Shown here piece by piece: positions 21,201-29,984 of a stretch of DNA of 64,000 nucleotides. Each line of letters starts with the position of its first letter. Positions within the stretch are counted from its first letter, which is position 1. The stretch covers positions 1-64,000 of the IMG/VR virus record IMGVR_UViG_3300028805_000086; one strand, given 5' to 3'. A model generated the notes under the pieces. The model ran no database searches. It was given only the letters and a program-made list of their open reading frames with translations, and was not told the DNA's origin. This stretch comes from a virus. Lineage: Duplodnaviria > Caudoviricetes. The translations under genes were made by a program, and so were the position numbers.

Positions 21201-23878
21201 ATGTGGCCGATAAAGGTGATCTTTCTGGGAATATTGACCGATATTCTACAACCATGGCTCGACTAGGTGCTGGTATTTCTTTATTTAATGGAAATGCCGG
21301 AGGATCGGCTGGTATAAGTAGAGCTAAAACTGCTATCTCTGATATTGTTGAAATGTCAAGTGAGCTTTCAGCGTTAACCACAATAAGCGATGTATCTAGT
21401 ACAATATCGAATATAGCAGGCGCAATTAAAATCTATATCAATACGCTTGAAGGTAAGACCTTAGAAGGAACGCCTGATTCTAGTAAAATAAGAGATGTAT
21501 TTATTGCTTTAAATGAAGCCATTCCAGATGATACAATGGTCGCTGACGCATCAGCCTTTGCTGATGAAACAAAAGCGTCTTCATTAAATTCTTATGCGAT
21601 AGGCTTAGCTAATATTTCTACTGCTTTAGAATCATTTGCTAAAGGTACCGAAACGATGGACTTTAAGTCTATTAGCACGGCGATCACTAAACTTCAAGCA
21701 ATTTCTGATCTCGGGCCCCTTATTAAAGAAACTGTTACAACAAAAGTTGATATTGGGGGTTTTATAACTTTTGAAAAAGAGGTTGTAAAAGAAAAAGAAA
21801 GTTTGCAATCTTTTGCTACAGATATTACGTCGCTTACTACTGCTTTAACCAACTTCGGTACAGAAATGGGAAATATTACTGACGAAGGTTGGGGTCGAAT
21901 TGATGCTGGAATTGGTCATTTGCAAGCTTTTGCTAAACTTGAAGGTAGTTTAACGCCTCTTGGAGGTCTTGTAGAATTCGTCATTGGCAAAAGAGATTTA
22001 ACTTCTTTTAGCAAAAAGATTGGACCATTAGGCAAAGGCTTAAAAGAATTTTGTGATCATATTGTTGGAGCACCATCATTAAACAATGGGGAAGCAGATA
22101 CCGCTTCTGATGTGTTGATTAAATTAGCAACAGCAGCTTCAACTATGCCACGTAATTCTGGAATATTTTCTAAGTTTTCAAATACTAACATTACAAAATT
22201 TGCAGATCAAATACCTTCTTTGGGTACAGGTGTTTGCGGATATGCTAATGCTGTACGAGATATAACTGGTTTGGGAAGTGAAAAATTAGAAACCGCAACC
22301 AAGGTTCTTGTTGCCATTTGTGAAGCTGCTTCTAAAATTCCTGCAAATGAAGGAATGATTACTTTATGGAGCAATATTGATTATGATAAATTTGGCGACG
22401 GATCAATGACTTCTCTTGGTAAAGGCGTAACTAATTTTGCAGAAGCTGTTAAATCTGCACCCGGATTATCTGATACAAGTTTAGAAACCGCAACTAAGGT
22501 CCTTGTTGCCATTTGTGAAGCTGCCGCATTGATTCCTGAAAATTCTGGATTAGTTACCTTGTTTAAAGGTGTTAACTATTCAACATTTGAGAGTGATATG
22601 GGGCATATGGGTGCTGGTTTGCTTGCTTTTGCTAGAAATGTTGGAGGTCTTGTAGCTCAGGATCATAAACTTAAAGCTAAAGACTTAACTGATGGAGAAC
22701 GTGAAAATATTCAGGTTGTCACAAGTATAGTTGATTCTTTTACTAAGTTAATCGAAATACTTTCAACTTTAACAGATTTGAGTACAGATTTAACAAGTGC
22801 GAGCGAACGTATAAAAAAGAAAATGTCAGAAATTGGAAATGATCTTGGCCAAGCGATGATATTGTTCTTAGAAGGCTTTTTTAATGAGAATGAAGCAAGC
22901 GCCGATGTACGTAGAGATAAACTAGATAAAATTGTAAGTGAATATGATACCTATTTACCAGCAATTGAAGAATTTGTCGAAGTGCTTTCTGGATTATCTT
23001 CAATTTCGTTCATTAATCCTTCTAATATAGAAACCATGCTTACAGGTGTTTCTACTGGCTTAACCTCTATATTAACGTTTGATGACGAAATACCATGGAC
23101 TCAAAAGCATAACAACATATTGGATCGAGTTGTGAATATATGTGATGCTCTTGGTAAAATGCGTGATTATATTGGCGCTTACGAATCTAAGTCTATAGAG
23201 AAATGGTTTGGCGATCTAGTTAATGCCTATTATATGTATCGAAAAGCAATACTATACGAAGGTTGGGATGATCGTAGAGAAAATGTAACCAATCATATTA
23301 TCAAAATATGTGAAGGATTAGGATTAATTAGTGATTATATTCATGATTATAATTCTAAATCTATAGAACAATGGTTTGTTGATTTAGTAGATGGATATAA
23401 AGCATTTGCCGATGGCATCAATAATATTTATGCTGATGAAAGTGGGCAATTTGCTTGGACTGAAGGAACACAAACCGCTTTTGATAGAATTAAAGAAATG
23501 GTTAATATTATACAAACCCTTGATGGTATTGAATCACCAACAATTTCTCCGGTTATGGACTTTAATACAGTTGAACAGCAGCTAATGCAATGGGGTAATA
23601 AGCCACTTCCTGGTATAAGTACCATGCTAAATGGTGATATTAGCTTGAAATTGGATGCTTCTCAATTAGAAGCCATCACTCCCAAAGATTACACAGTTTA
23701 TTTCGATTCAATAACTACAAAGATGAACGAAATGAATAAAGATATTGTTAATCTTGGTAGTGAGATACGGCGTATGAAAGTTGTTATGGACACTGGTGCT
23801 GTTGTTGGCGCCATTGGCGATGGTGTTGATTACCATATTGGTAAAAACGCATTCTTTGAATCGCGGTTAAAAGGTTAA
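12245..23878 (+). CDS. Tape measure protein (3877 aa)
   Basis: N-terminal tape-measure domain (LNDYTDMTSYSFSDM...ASRAMYNLSQA) and long amphipathic/hydrophobic repeats; followed by a Dit-like gene. Confidence 0.95.
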   Translation: MPGKDTRVVEMQFQNKDFEKNIATSQKSLNRFKKDLNFDDTSKGLEKFGKSMDSLKFDKFFDNIQRLTDKFTGIGDIGEFMISKIRHSLEEAANSAIRFSKSLTFDQVDAGKEKFEQLNKSIQTIKAATGKTEEEVQGVLKRLNDYTDMTSYSFSDMASNIGKFTSVGIPLEQAEKQMEGIANWAARSGAGIAEASRAMYNLSQAMGVGSLKLMDWKSIENAGMATKEFKQQLIEAGLAAGTLVAEAKKDANGVEQIVYKTAKNLGKQVEVNFQNMSQTLSKGWANTTAIGNALLGYYYEDLKFENEEGMKDLTDDQKKMFDEMFKQYGKIDDKSWKKLSDQGLGSDDLKQSLLDTAEAMGALTAEVNADGKKIYTTTDKTGKKIEFTLDTFEKGLGGGWLTRSIAKTVYSFDDLAKGSYDAAMKCLSFTDVLNAWKDMISTGWMASIQHIFGGLSDSIEVFTAMCDKAGEMLGNIFGVNGAINKILGLWDTKEHRDTLWGMIIGEYGEGEDKLYAGAYGLLDVIKDVGSIISGAFWDIMKDFAEPFYGEDKLEEWENDTEVRYQFLADQMQVFVEKIRYAILNIKEFFQEIPEGASKSRWETIKDIVGAVFRVVSIAAQTISGIFTFFGKIKKQLEPSIIAVSDLITSLAGGITGAEKDLRKSKGIQTFFSNFADALVPVTNFINKVVVGLAKLIKGFFEWGIEGGNFIKIWETIKSVFKGIINIFDKISGPILDFFKEIGPAIGDFFTKGLNKDTLKNFGKTLGKSLGNLINTLVNYIPGLWSKIKNFFSSIFNTAKDVLGAEEPGILNSIINFIKGVFGGVWEFLKNLGNRLSDENSLASLILRLLGTGIGFVADLLGKIRDSISGISLYDVVIMITGGFILFTAFSLIKSALNVIRGISEIVGGFGEILDAIAYRIRGVDSSEKFLRVSQGIALIALAVVVLGQMKWQEALQGVIAIGAIGGIVILLTKVMTKMLEKVKFSSTIKMAIALASLSAGLLIFSAGVFVLVRALKPLANTNWEGLAKMGVGLAGILYLFSLFSFVSKLAKVSFKSMAGLGILAIGIGILVDSLKPLAEVNWSQMAKMGVGLAAILLMFAGFSRIMGSIKDKGISQTAFLAIGIAILVQSLLPLVSMDWSQMAKMGVGLLAILVLLAGFSHIAGSLKGKGMFSTITLAAGIVILMEAIKPLADYNWEKLGKMGAGLLVVLFFLAEFTKISGSLKGKSMKSTIALALGIILLMEAIKPLAEYSWEKLGKMFAGLTLTLLELAEFTKLMVSIKDKGMSKIILLAAGIWILMETIKPLADINWEDLGKMFAGLGVVLFELAEFSKHMASVKDKGLGNTILLAAGIYILMEALKPLGEMDWEAIGKMGAGLTGILVILVAASKKMGQIKAKTSFGVLLFSVALYGLLYVLKPLANYKWEELGKLGVSLLAVILMLGVAAKAIKGIDWKSAVGSFAMMLGMAVMISVFGKTVDKVKDIKSTKLLAFAGSIVILSIAIRIVLSSINKLEAQSKGVEIGSKLAMIAAALVTVGLLMFELSLLIPRINSANIKKLLGFSIAVDLLMPSMIIAASAINKINNVRTGADVGKKLALIGMALISVGILMAELALFIPRINNSDTLKILGFSIAVDVLMPSLIIAAIAINKINDVRTGADVGKKFALTIAALISVGVLMAELALFIPRINNADILKVAGFSVAVDILMPSLIIAAMAINKIQVPKTGKETFGKFSLLIGALISVAVIMGELALLIPLIDSTDDWLESSAKLIGFAIAVEAVMPALITAAMAINKIKVTTVAKGSGKNKKEATSIKETCEKLLLFSGAIAAVGLLMFELALLLPIIDGMKDWAESSAKLIGFAVAVEAVMPALITVVIAMNKIRVPNIGGKQSKKGKNNGSNNKKFDQVYALISLVGTAVLAMGLIMAELAWIAPRIDSLDNWAESSAKLIGFAVAVEAVMPALISVAKAINTIKVPTLKTGGKKVDATKYYKGRKQRVKEHDVTSNDGNEQVLPFKQLLGFFAVIGIAVLAMGLIMAELAWIAPRIDSLDNWAESSGKLIGFSIAVEAVMPALIVVAKAINEIKIPTMMKGNGKNKKEETIKFKELTGYFGIIGIAVLAMAAIMSLLALWTPYIGKMDEGSIGKLWGFAIAFEIIMPALITVAKAINEIKIPTLSNGTGKDKKTATIKFKELTGYFAIIGIAVLAMGAIMAEFAVIIPLINKIDSWEGLAKLVVFAIAFELIVPALLNVVDAINKVKIPKIDKKPAKFKDLTGYYAVIGIAVLTMGAVMAELAALIPLINGIDSWEGLAKLVVFAFAIDLVMPALITVAEAISKIELPKNGKQLYKAKDLSGYFITIGLAVGAMAVVMAELAFLIPLINDIDSWEGLAKLVVFAFAINLVMPALITAAEAINSIELPMNGKKVLKAKDLSAKFALIGMAIGTVALLMGELALLIPAINGIEGIGGMVKLVVFTISINILMASLSTVVQAINDIKTPTSKEALKKKMLILAEVMGVVALLTAEMALFIYRINDADIIRLIGFAIAVRALMPALNSVVKAINNIQTPTSKEALTKKLWILGGSLITVAVIIAEMSLFIDQINSSDFEKLLGFAAAVYLVMPSLEKVVGMINDIEAPEEGKELGFKMAILGGAFIAVAAIIAELALLSNQINNSNFESMLGIAAAVYLILPALSKVIEAIGEIEAPEEGKEVGFKLAIMAGALIAVAAIIAELALLGGMISNADVLKIMGFALAVDIIMPALIMAVYAINKIEAPESWGDVGKKIAMMAVAVIAVGGLMAVLALVIDKVQGIEPVAMLAFTAGVLVLGIAVALMVAVIGGIKQSAMNNLGKKLAVIIVAVIAIGALMYIFSEMLDSIKDIDPKAMLTFSASIILLVIALAGAAAIISVLGKVDAGTIAKGSAGLVAVGTALGAVIDVIAGFAASAIDKMTSALIDIGTSLRWFDEDVSLVNSDRVRDGMSLVKDLCELAIYVADKGDLSGNIDRYSTTMARLGAGISLFNGNAGGSAGISRAKTAISDIVEMSSELSALTTISDVSSTISNIAGAIKIYINTLEGKTLEGTPDSSKIRDVFIALNEAIPDDTMVADASAFADETKASSLNSYAIGLANISTALESFAKGTETMDFKSISTAITKLQAISDLGPLIKETVTTKVDIGGFITFEKEVVKEKESLQSFATDITSLTTALTNFGTEMGNITDEGWGRIDAGIGHLQAFAKLEGSLTPLGGLVEFVIGKRDLTSFSKKIGPLGKGLKEFCDHIVGAPSLNNGEADTASDVLIKLATAASTMPRNSGIFSKFSNTNITKFADQIPSLGTGVCGYANAVRDITGLGSEKLETATKVLVAICEAASKIPANEGMITLWSNIDYDKFGDGSMTSLGKGVTNFAEAVKSAPGLSDTSLETATKVLVAICEAAALIPENSGLVTLFKGVNYSTFESDMGHMGAGLLAFARNVGGLVAQDHKLKAKDLTDGERENIQVVTSIVDSFTKLIEILSTLTDLSTDLTSASERIKKKMSEIGNDLGQAMILFLEGFFNENEASADVRRDKLDKIVSEYDTYLPAIEEFVEVLSGLSSISFINPSNIETMLTGVSTGLTSILTFDDEIPWTQKHNNILDRVVNICDALGKMRDYIGAYESKSIEKWFGDLVNAYYMYRKAILYEGWDDRRENVTNHIIKICEGLGLISDYIHDYNSKSIEQWFVDLVDGYKAFADGINNIYADESGQFAWTEGTQTAFDRIKEMVNIIQTLDGIESPTISPVMDFNTVEQQLMQWGNKPLPGISTMLNGDISLKLDASQLEAITPKDYTVYFDSITTKMNEMNKDIVNLGSEIRRMKVVMDTGAVVGAIGDGVDYHIGKNAFFESRLKG

Positions 23879-23907
23879 AAATTATTTATTGAAAGGAAGG
23901 AATCAGT

Positions 23908-24357
23908 GTGTATCACTCCATAATTTTTATTGACGGTAATGTTTCTAGGAATACGTGGGATCATTGGCACCTGATTCCTTCCTCTCGTCCTGTTGTATCC
24001 AGACCGAACCCCGTCTATAAGTATATAGATATTCCAGGCATGGATGGTTCTTTGGATATTACAAATTATTTAGTAGGAAGACCTACTTATTCGGATTGTA
24101 CAGGAACGTTTGACTTTATTGCAGCTAATGATGAGCCTAGTTATGGTGACTGGACATTCCGTAAATCTACGATTTCTTCATTCCTCGATGGTCGAGAAAT
24201 GAAGATGGTTCTCGAGGATGATAGCCAGTATTATTATGTAGGAAGATTTTACATGAAAAATTGGCAATCGGGCCCAAACTATTCAACCGTTACAATCGAA
24301 TATCGGGTAAAACCGTATAAATTCAGATCATATAATGGGGAGAAGGTGTGGGCTTAA
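23908..24357 (+). CDS. Distal tail protein (Dit-like)
   Basis: YIDIPGMDGSLD...LDGREMKMVLEDDSQYYYVGR...KPYK; immediately after the tape measure. Confidence 0.8.
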   Translation: MYHSIIFIDGNVSRNTWDHWHLIPSSRPVVSRPNPVYKYIDIPGMDGSLDITNYLVGRPTYSDCTGTFDFIAANDEPSYGDWTFRKSTISSFLDGREMKMVLEDDSQYYYVGRFYMKNWQSGPNYSTVTIEYRVKPYKFRSYNGEKVWA

Positions 24358-27300
24358 TGTTTAAAATTTATGCAATGCATTTTAATCAAAATGGAAGTAT
24401 ACAGGAAGCAAAAACACTGATTCAATCAATTCCGGCAACTGATGAAAATGGTATTTATTTATTAAATCCTAAAGTTACAACTAAGGTTGGTAGTGCTGAA
24501 AGTTTTGATTTTAGTTTGCAGCCGGGCACAAAATATTACGATGCCTTTATTCAGCTTAGAACATATTTCTATGTTGAATATGATGGCGATTTGATATTTT
24601 ATGGTCGTGTTTTGACAATCGAAAATGGCTTTTGGGGCGAACAACAAGTCAAATGCGAAGGTGCTTTTGCTTTCTTTAACGATAGTTATTTTCCAAGTGA
24701 TGAGGAATCTAAACGTCCGATTCGTTCGACTGCCGAGTATATCACGGCAGTACTAGAGAATCATAATACGCAGCTTCATGACCCTTTACGGTATGTTTAT
24801 CCTGGAGAGATACCAGGAATGTATACTAATGCTACCTCCGTCGAACAAAGAGTAGAAGAAGATAGTAGAGCATTCGGTGAGAATGGATGGCGTCAAACAA
24901 AAGCAGCTCTCGATGATCTTACAAGTCATTATGGTGGGATGTTTAGGATTCGTCATGGAAATGATGATAAATTATATTTGGATTGGTATAAGCATTATTA
25001 TAATGCTACAATTAGCGATCAAATTATAGAAGTGAGTAAAAACCTGATCGATGTAACTCGTATTACTGAGGTTAATAATATATTTACGGTTGTTGTTCCA
25101 ATTGGAAAAGGCACAAGTGAAGACACAAAATTGTATATTGATGGAATGTATTTTCCGGTGAGTAGAGTAAGCGAATTTTATACGCCTGAAGAATTACGAT
25201 CCGGGTATCATTTACCTGAAGATTATGCACAAGCTGAAAGCAGATACGGTATTATTATCAAGCCTCAGGAATTTAATGAGTGCACCACTCAAGATGAATT
25301 ACTTAGAGAATGTGCGAAATGGGTAAAAGAAAATTATCAGGGCGGAATAGAAGAATTTTCAGTTTCAGCGGTCGATCTACATCAGCACGGTGTCGATGTA
25401 CGAAAAATTATGTCTGGCGATAGGAATATTATTCGATATCCTATTGGCAATGGAAAAACTGCGGATCGAACACTTACTTGCACATCGGTATCATTCGAAC
25501 TTTATAATCCTGAAAATAATCAATACACTTTTGGGATTCCTGCAAGTTCATTAAGTAAAGGATATAGTGTAACTTCTAAGAAAAGTGATAAAGATGCTGA
25601 TGATATTATTAAAGATATGCCTACTCCTGGTGGAGGTGGCGGAAAAATACCGAATCCTTATGAAGAGTGGTATGATGATACATTAGCTTGGCTGAAAAGT
25701 CATCGTGTTTGGTGGGCTCATTTGACAACTGATGAAAAAAATAGGTTTCCTCGTGGGTCAGGCCCGAATGGTAATACAATTACTAGTAATTTTATTTATG
25801 ATATTGCTCAAAAAGATGCTGATGGTGATGCATTAACTAATATTTGGGTTCCATATTTTGAAAGAACTCACAATGTAGGAACTGCGAAAGAACCTAAATA
25901 CATATATGACTGGCGTATTGTTGGCGGAAGACCAACTGGAAGATGGAAAAGTATAAAAAGAAAAAAGCTAAAAGATTATTCATATGATCTGAAGAGCGAT
26001 CATTTATTTGAGTATGTATATAATGAATGGAATAAGAAAAACTTTTCCAGTGATATGCCATTATTTAATCCAAGTAATCCTGAAGAAATTTTTAGTATGC
26101 TAAATGAATCCGGTTTCACTTTTGATACTGGAGCAATTGACAAGTATTTGAATATTGGCGATACTATAATGAGCGCCTTAAGTCCTAAGAATCTTCTTGG
26201 TTTAGGTGAAGGCTCATGGGGAGATTTCATTGTTAATAAATTAGATGAATGGGGACTCGGCGATAATCCAGTTGTCATTAAAGGAAAAGAGTTTATTAAC
26301 AGCCTTGATGAAAAAGTTAATAACATATTTTCATTTGGCGATGGAAATTACAGTTTAGGTGCTTTAAAAGAAGATCTTGAAGGTAAATTCGATTTTAAGC
26401 AGATACTTGTTGATGCTGCCAATGGATATCTTGAAAGCTCGGGCGATATTCACTGTGGTGGTGATATTACTTGGTTTGATGATATGGGCGATCTTGCAAG
26501 TGCTAAGGAACTTCAAATCGAGGCAATTAATACTAAAACTGAATTTGGTAGTTTGGTTAATGACTATTTTACGAATCCGATTACAGGAGAACGAGAAATT
26601 TATGCTTATAAATTTTCACAAGCTATAGAAGAGTACGCTAATGGTCAATTGGTCGTAGCGACTGTCGACGGTAATGTTGTTAAACTTGGTGGTAACCACA
26701 CAGCTAGTGTAATAACCACTGCTCTTAATAATATTTCAAATGTTTGTGGTGAATTTACATATTCAGTTGACCCAAATACCGGAGAACGTAAAGTTGTTTT
26801 GCATAATGGAACCGGTATGTTTATGACTAGAAATAATACACAATATGGCGTATTTGATGATGGTAATCTTACAGCCGGTGTTATGGTTGAAAAATTTGAA
26901 GATATAACTGAAACCGATAGAGTAAAAGCTCGAACTAGTTTTGGATTCTATGATAATGATACTCTTACCGGCGGCATAATGGTTGAAAAACTAAACGATA
27001 ACACCGTAACAACCCATATCAAGGGCGATCGGGTTATTGTCGGAACGGTTGACGATCAGACAGCCCAGACAATGCAGAGCAAGTTCGGGGAACTGGACGG
27101 TCTGGTGGCGGCAAAAGCTACGATCGGGCAGTTAAATGCATTAAGTGCAAGGGTTGGCGATATTGAGGCTGATTATATTACTACTCAGAATTTGGTGACC
27201 GAAGTAGCAAGAGCTACCAAGATTACAACCAGAGCCCTTGACGTTGGAGGAAATCTCCGCGTCGTCGGTGATCAGGGAAATGCGTACACTGTTACATTTG

Positions 27301-28847
27301 GTAATTATGTTACTACAAACATTTCTTCTCCAAACACATATGACTACGAAGGTACAAGCGTTGACATGCGGAAAGCTTTTTACGATGTCGAAAAAGAGGT
27401 TAATGGTAATGAAGTTACCTTAGTCTTCAAGACAATGTATGGGCTTTCAACTCAAGAGAAACGAGTAACTTTTAATAGAGCTGCTTCGGTAAATCTCACC
27501 GGAAGCTGGAGCAGCAGCAGAACATTTACCGTTACGGAAACTAATTCCGGTGAAACATATTCGGAGACACCCGTGTATAGCACAGGGGCTGGATATAGTC
27601 AGTACGACAGCATTACTGTAGACTCTTTCAGTAGTGCACATTATGCATATGCGAGGGTTTCTTCCAGTTCCAACCAAGGTGGTAATGTGTTGTTCGGATT
27701 TAAGATTGATGCGAATGGGCAATATAATTCCGGATGGGATTATGGACAAACCCAAATAACTCGGGCAACAAGGGCAGCTACAAGTCAAGAAACAACAGTA
27801 AAAACACTTGATTATTCTGAACGATTTGCCATTGTTGACGCATATACAAAATCAGATGGAACAACTTCAGAAATAAAGTATATTGTAGAAGCAAAAGCGG
27901 ATCGATATTCAGATGGCCAAGCTGCTGTTACACTGACGGATCCTTCTTGGAATTCTATTTCTACATTAACCTCGAGCCGCACTGTAACCGTCAGCACAAG
28001 TGGACGGCCTACCAAGTTGAGTAAAAGCAAAACAGTATTTTTAACAACTGGCTCGTGGGGAAGCGGGAGTATCCCTATTTATATTAGGGACGGAAGTACC
28101 AGTGGAACTATTGTTGCCCAAAGTAGTGTATCGTTACCAGGTGTATCTGGATTTGATACTGCAGCACCGGCAAATGAGTCTTACACCAGTTCTGGTGGAA
28201 CAACTTATACCAACAACAGTAGCGGGTATCAAATACTATCTACTGGTTCATCTGGAACTGCAGCCATTGTGGTAAAGAGCACATGGACCCAGGGTGGATC
28301 AACAGTAACTGGAAAGAGTTATCTGAGCGCTGCTCCGACAGCACTGTACAGGGCCGCTTATTCAAGCGGTGATACGGCCGGATATAATAGGAGTGCTGCT
28401 GAATCTCCAACAGGATTTAGCAGTAGTTCGCCGGCTAATGAATCTTATGCTATTTCTGGTGGAACCACAATAACCAATAATAGCGATGGCTATTATTTGC
28501 AATCTAGTGGAAGTAGTGGAGTGGCATATATAGTTGTTACAGGAAGTTGGACACAAAGTGGCCATAGTAAAACTTCAAAAAACTATCTTAGAAGTGCCCC
28601 GACTGCCATATATCGAAAAGGATACTCAGATGGCGCGGCTTCTTCGGCAAGCCCAGAATGGATCGGCCAAGGATATGTAGCAAATACGAATAATTTACCA
28701 GATGGAACAAAGCATTCGTTAAGCGGTTTAAAAACCGTGATAGTTGATAACCGTAGTAAACAAGGGTACATTTACTTCAGGATTAAAATCAGTGGAACTT
28801 ATCACGTATATTACTTCGTTGATAATGGAAATGGCTGGACTTCGTAA
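24357..28847 (+). CDS. Tail tip/Tal-like protein with long receptor-binding extension
   Basis: Tail-endopeptidase-like N-terminus (IFYGRVL...VKCEGAFAFFND). Ser/Thr/Gly-rich C-terminus with an internal duplication (PANESY...SGGTT.TNNS.GY). Confidence 0.8.
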   Translation: MFKIYAMHFNQNGSIQEAKTLIQSIPATDENGIYLLNPKVTTKVGSAESFDFSLQPGTKYYDAFIQLRTYFYVEYDGDLIFYGRVLTIENGFWGEQQVKCEGAFAFFNDSYFPSDEESKRPIRSTAEYITAVLENHNTQLHDPLRYVYPGEIPGMYTNATSVEQRVEEDSRAFGENGWRQTKAALDDLTSHYGGMFRIRHGNDDKLYLDWYKHYYNATISDQIIEVSKNLIDVTRITEVNNIFTVVVPIGKGTSEDTKLYIDGMYFPVSRVSEFYTPEELRSGYHLPEDYAQAESRYGIIIKPQEFNECTTQDELLRECAKWVKENYQGGIEEFSVSAVDLHQHGVDVRKIMSGDRNIIRYPIGNGKTADRTLTCTSVSFELYNPENNQYTFGIPASSLSKGYSVTSKKSDKDADDIIKDMPTPGGGGGKIPNPYEEWYDDTLAWLKSHRVWWAHLTTDEKNRFPRGSGPNGNTITSNFIYDIAQKDADGDALTNIWVPYFERTHNVGTAKEPKYIYDWRIVGGRPTGRWKSIKRKKLKDYSYDLKSDHLFEYVYNEWNKKNFSSDMPLFNPSNPEEIFSMLNESGFTFDTGAIDKYLNIGDTIMSALSPKNLLGLGEGSWGDFIVNKLDEWGLGDNPVVIKGKEFINSLDEKVNNIFSFGDGNYSLGALKEDLEGKFDFKQILVDAANGYLESSGDIHCGGDITWFDDMGDLASAKELQIEAINTKTEFGSLVNDYFTNPITGEREIYAYKFSQAIEEYANGQLVVATVDGNVVKLGGNHTASVITTALNNISNVCGEFTYSVDPNTGERKVVLHNGTGMFMTRNNTQYGVFDDGNLTAGVMVEKFEDITETDRVKARTSFGFYDNDTLTGGIMVEKLNDNTVTTHIKGDRVIVGTVDDQTAQTMQSKFGELDGLVAAKATIGQLNALSARVGDIEADYITTQNLVTEVARATKITTRALDVGGNLRVVGDQGNAYTVTFGNYVTTNISSPNTYDYEGTSVDMRKAFYDVEKEVNGNEVTLVFKTMYGLSTQEKRVTFNRAASVNLTGSWSSSRTFTVTETNSGETYSETPVYSTGAGYSQYDSITVDSFSSAHYAYARVSSSSNQGGNVLFGFKIDANGQYNSGWDYGQTQITRATRAATSQETTVKTLDYSERFAIVDAYTKSDGTTSEIKYIVEAKADRYSDGQAAVTLTDPSWNSISTLTSSRTVTVSTSGRPTKLSKSKTVFLTTGSWGSGSIPIYIRDGSTSGTIVAQSSVSLPGVSGFDTAAPANESYTSSGGTTYTNNSSGYQILSTGSSGTAAIVVKSTWTQGGSTVTGKSYLSAAPTALYRAAYSSGDTAGYNRSAAESPTGFSSSSPANESYAISGGTTITNNSDGYYLQSSGSSGVAYIVVTGSWTQSGHSKTSKNYLRSAPTAIYRKGYSDGAASSASPEWIGQGYVANTNNLPDGTKHSLSGLKTVIVDNRSKQGYIYFRIKISGTYHVYYFVDNGNGWTS

Positions 28848-28872
28848 AAGTAGTAAAAGGAGCAAATAATTT

Positions 28873-29076
28873 ATGACTGATGTTGATATTATTAAAAATG
28901 CAGTTGATGTGCTTGGATCAATTGCAATTCCCGTAAATCTTCTTGAATCCGTTGGAGCACCTATTTATCAGGTTCGTAAAAATTTGAATATATTGCTTAA
29001 CGCGATTATTGAAAAAACCAAGCAGGAACAAGAAAATATCGAGCAAAAAGAAGTAACAGAACAAGAAACCGAATAA
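28873..29076 (+). CDS. Hypothetical protein
   Basis: ORF with RBS aaggag. Confidence 0.65.
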   Translation: MTDVDIIKNAVDVLGSIAIPVNLLESVGAPIYQVRKNLNILLNAIIEKTKQEQENIEQKEVTEQETE

Positions 29077-29100
29077 TCAAAATGGAAGGAGAAGACGGCA

Positions 29101-29376
29101 ATGGACTACTATGAAACGCCTACATTAATCTTAAAAGACGGGACGGTTCTTGAAGGAAGCGAATGCGGCTATGCTGACCATAATTTGTGGTGCTATATAA
29201 AGAATTTGTCGTTAACGGAAACCTTTGCCGTCTTCTCTGATCCTTCCAAAACCGAAACTATTATCTTCAGATATGGAAATACAGAAGAAAAGTATGTCGG
29301 GTTCACTAATCTGGACATCGTTCATAAAAAAGAATTCACGGTTGATGTTCGATTAACCGGCGGTCAGAAGGAGTGA
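29101..29376 (+). CDS. Hypothetical tail-region protein
   Basis: ORF with RBS ggaga. Confidence 0.65.
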   Translation: MDYYETPTLILKDGTVLEGSECGYADHNLWCYIKNLSLTETFAVFSDPSKTETIIFRYGNTEEKYVGFTNLDIVHKKEFTVDVRLTGGQKE

Positions 29377-29705
29377 TAGTAAAAATGTACAGAGGAACTA
29401 CACCCACAATTCCTATTCGCATTAAAGGGATTGATCTGACAGGAGCAAAATTATTTCTCACTTTTCAAAATGCTCTTGGAAAAAAGCTAACGTTAGAGTG
29501 CCCTGGTGACTTTTCCGTTGAAATGGATGGTAATGACACCGTTGGCCAGGTAACCTTAACCCAGGAGCAGACTTTGCAACTAAGTGCTAAAAAGCATTCT
29601 GTCCAAGTAAGATGGGTTGACGCGCATGGTACAGCAGGAGCTACAAAGATTCAAGAAATCTGCGTAAAGGATATTCTGCTTGATGGGGTGATAAGTTATG
29701 AATAA
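29373..29705 (+). CDS. BppU-N-like baseplate/fibre adaptor
   Basis: RGTTPTI...LTQEQTLQL...VQVRW. Confidence 0.6.
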   Translation: MIVKMYRGTTPTIPIRIKGIDLTGAKLFLTFQNALGKKLTLECPGDFSVEMDGNDTVGQVTLTQEQTLQLSAKKHSVQVRWVDAHGTAGATKIQEICVKDILLDGVISYE

Positions 29706-29967
29706 CTGTCAATGCGGAATTGAATTTGAAATTGGCGATGAAAGCGAAGTTTCTTTTCTGTTTGATGCGGAACAAGAGACTTTGCTTGAAACCGGGGATC
29801 CAGTAATTCCTATAGAAACGAGAAATTATGAAATCCTCGACAATAAGCCTCAGATTAATGGGGTTGAACTGTTGGGAAATAAAACTTCGTCTCAGCTTAA
29901 GATAAAAGAATCCGATTCGATGAGCAATTTTGATATCGAAGAGGTTCTATATAACATATTTAATTAA
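29698..29967 (+). CDS. Tail fibre-associated protein
   Basis: NYEILDNKPQINGVELLGNKTS motif. Confidence 0.6.
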   Translation: MNNCQCGIEFEIGDESEVSFLFDAEQETLLETGDPVIPIETRNYEILDNKPQINGVELLGNKTSSQLKIKESDSMSNFDIEEVLYNIFN

Positions 29968-29984
29968 ATGAAGGAGTGGTCGAC

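Noticed and set aside
12697-21381. Long minus-strand ORFs (e.g. 16507-17874; likewise 7919-8902 in the capsid gene)
   Set aside because: They are antisense shadows of the tape measure and capsid genes, with no RBS or recognisable domains.
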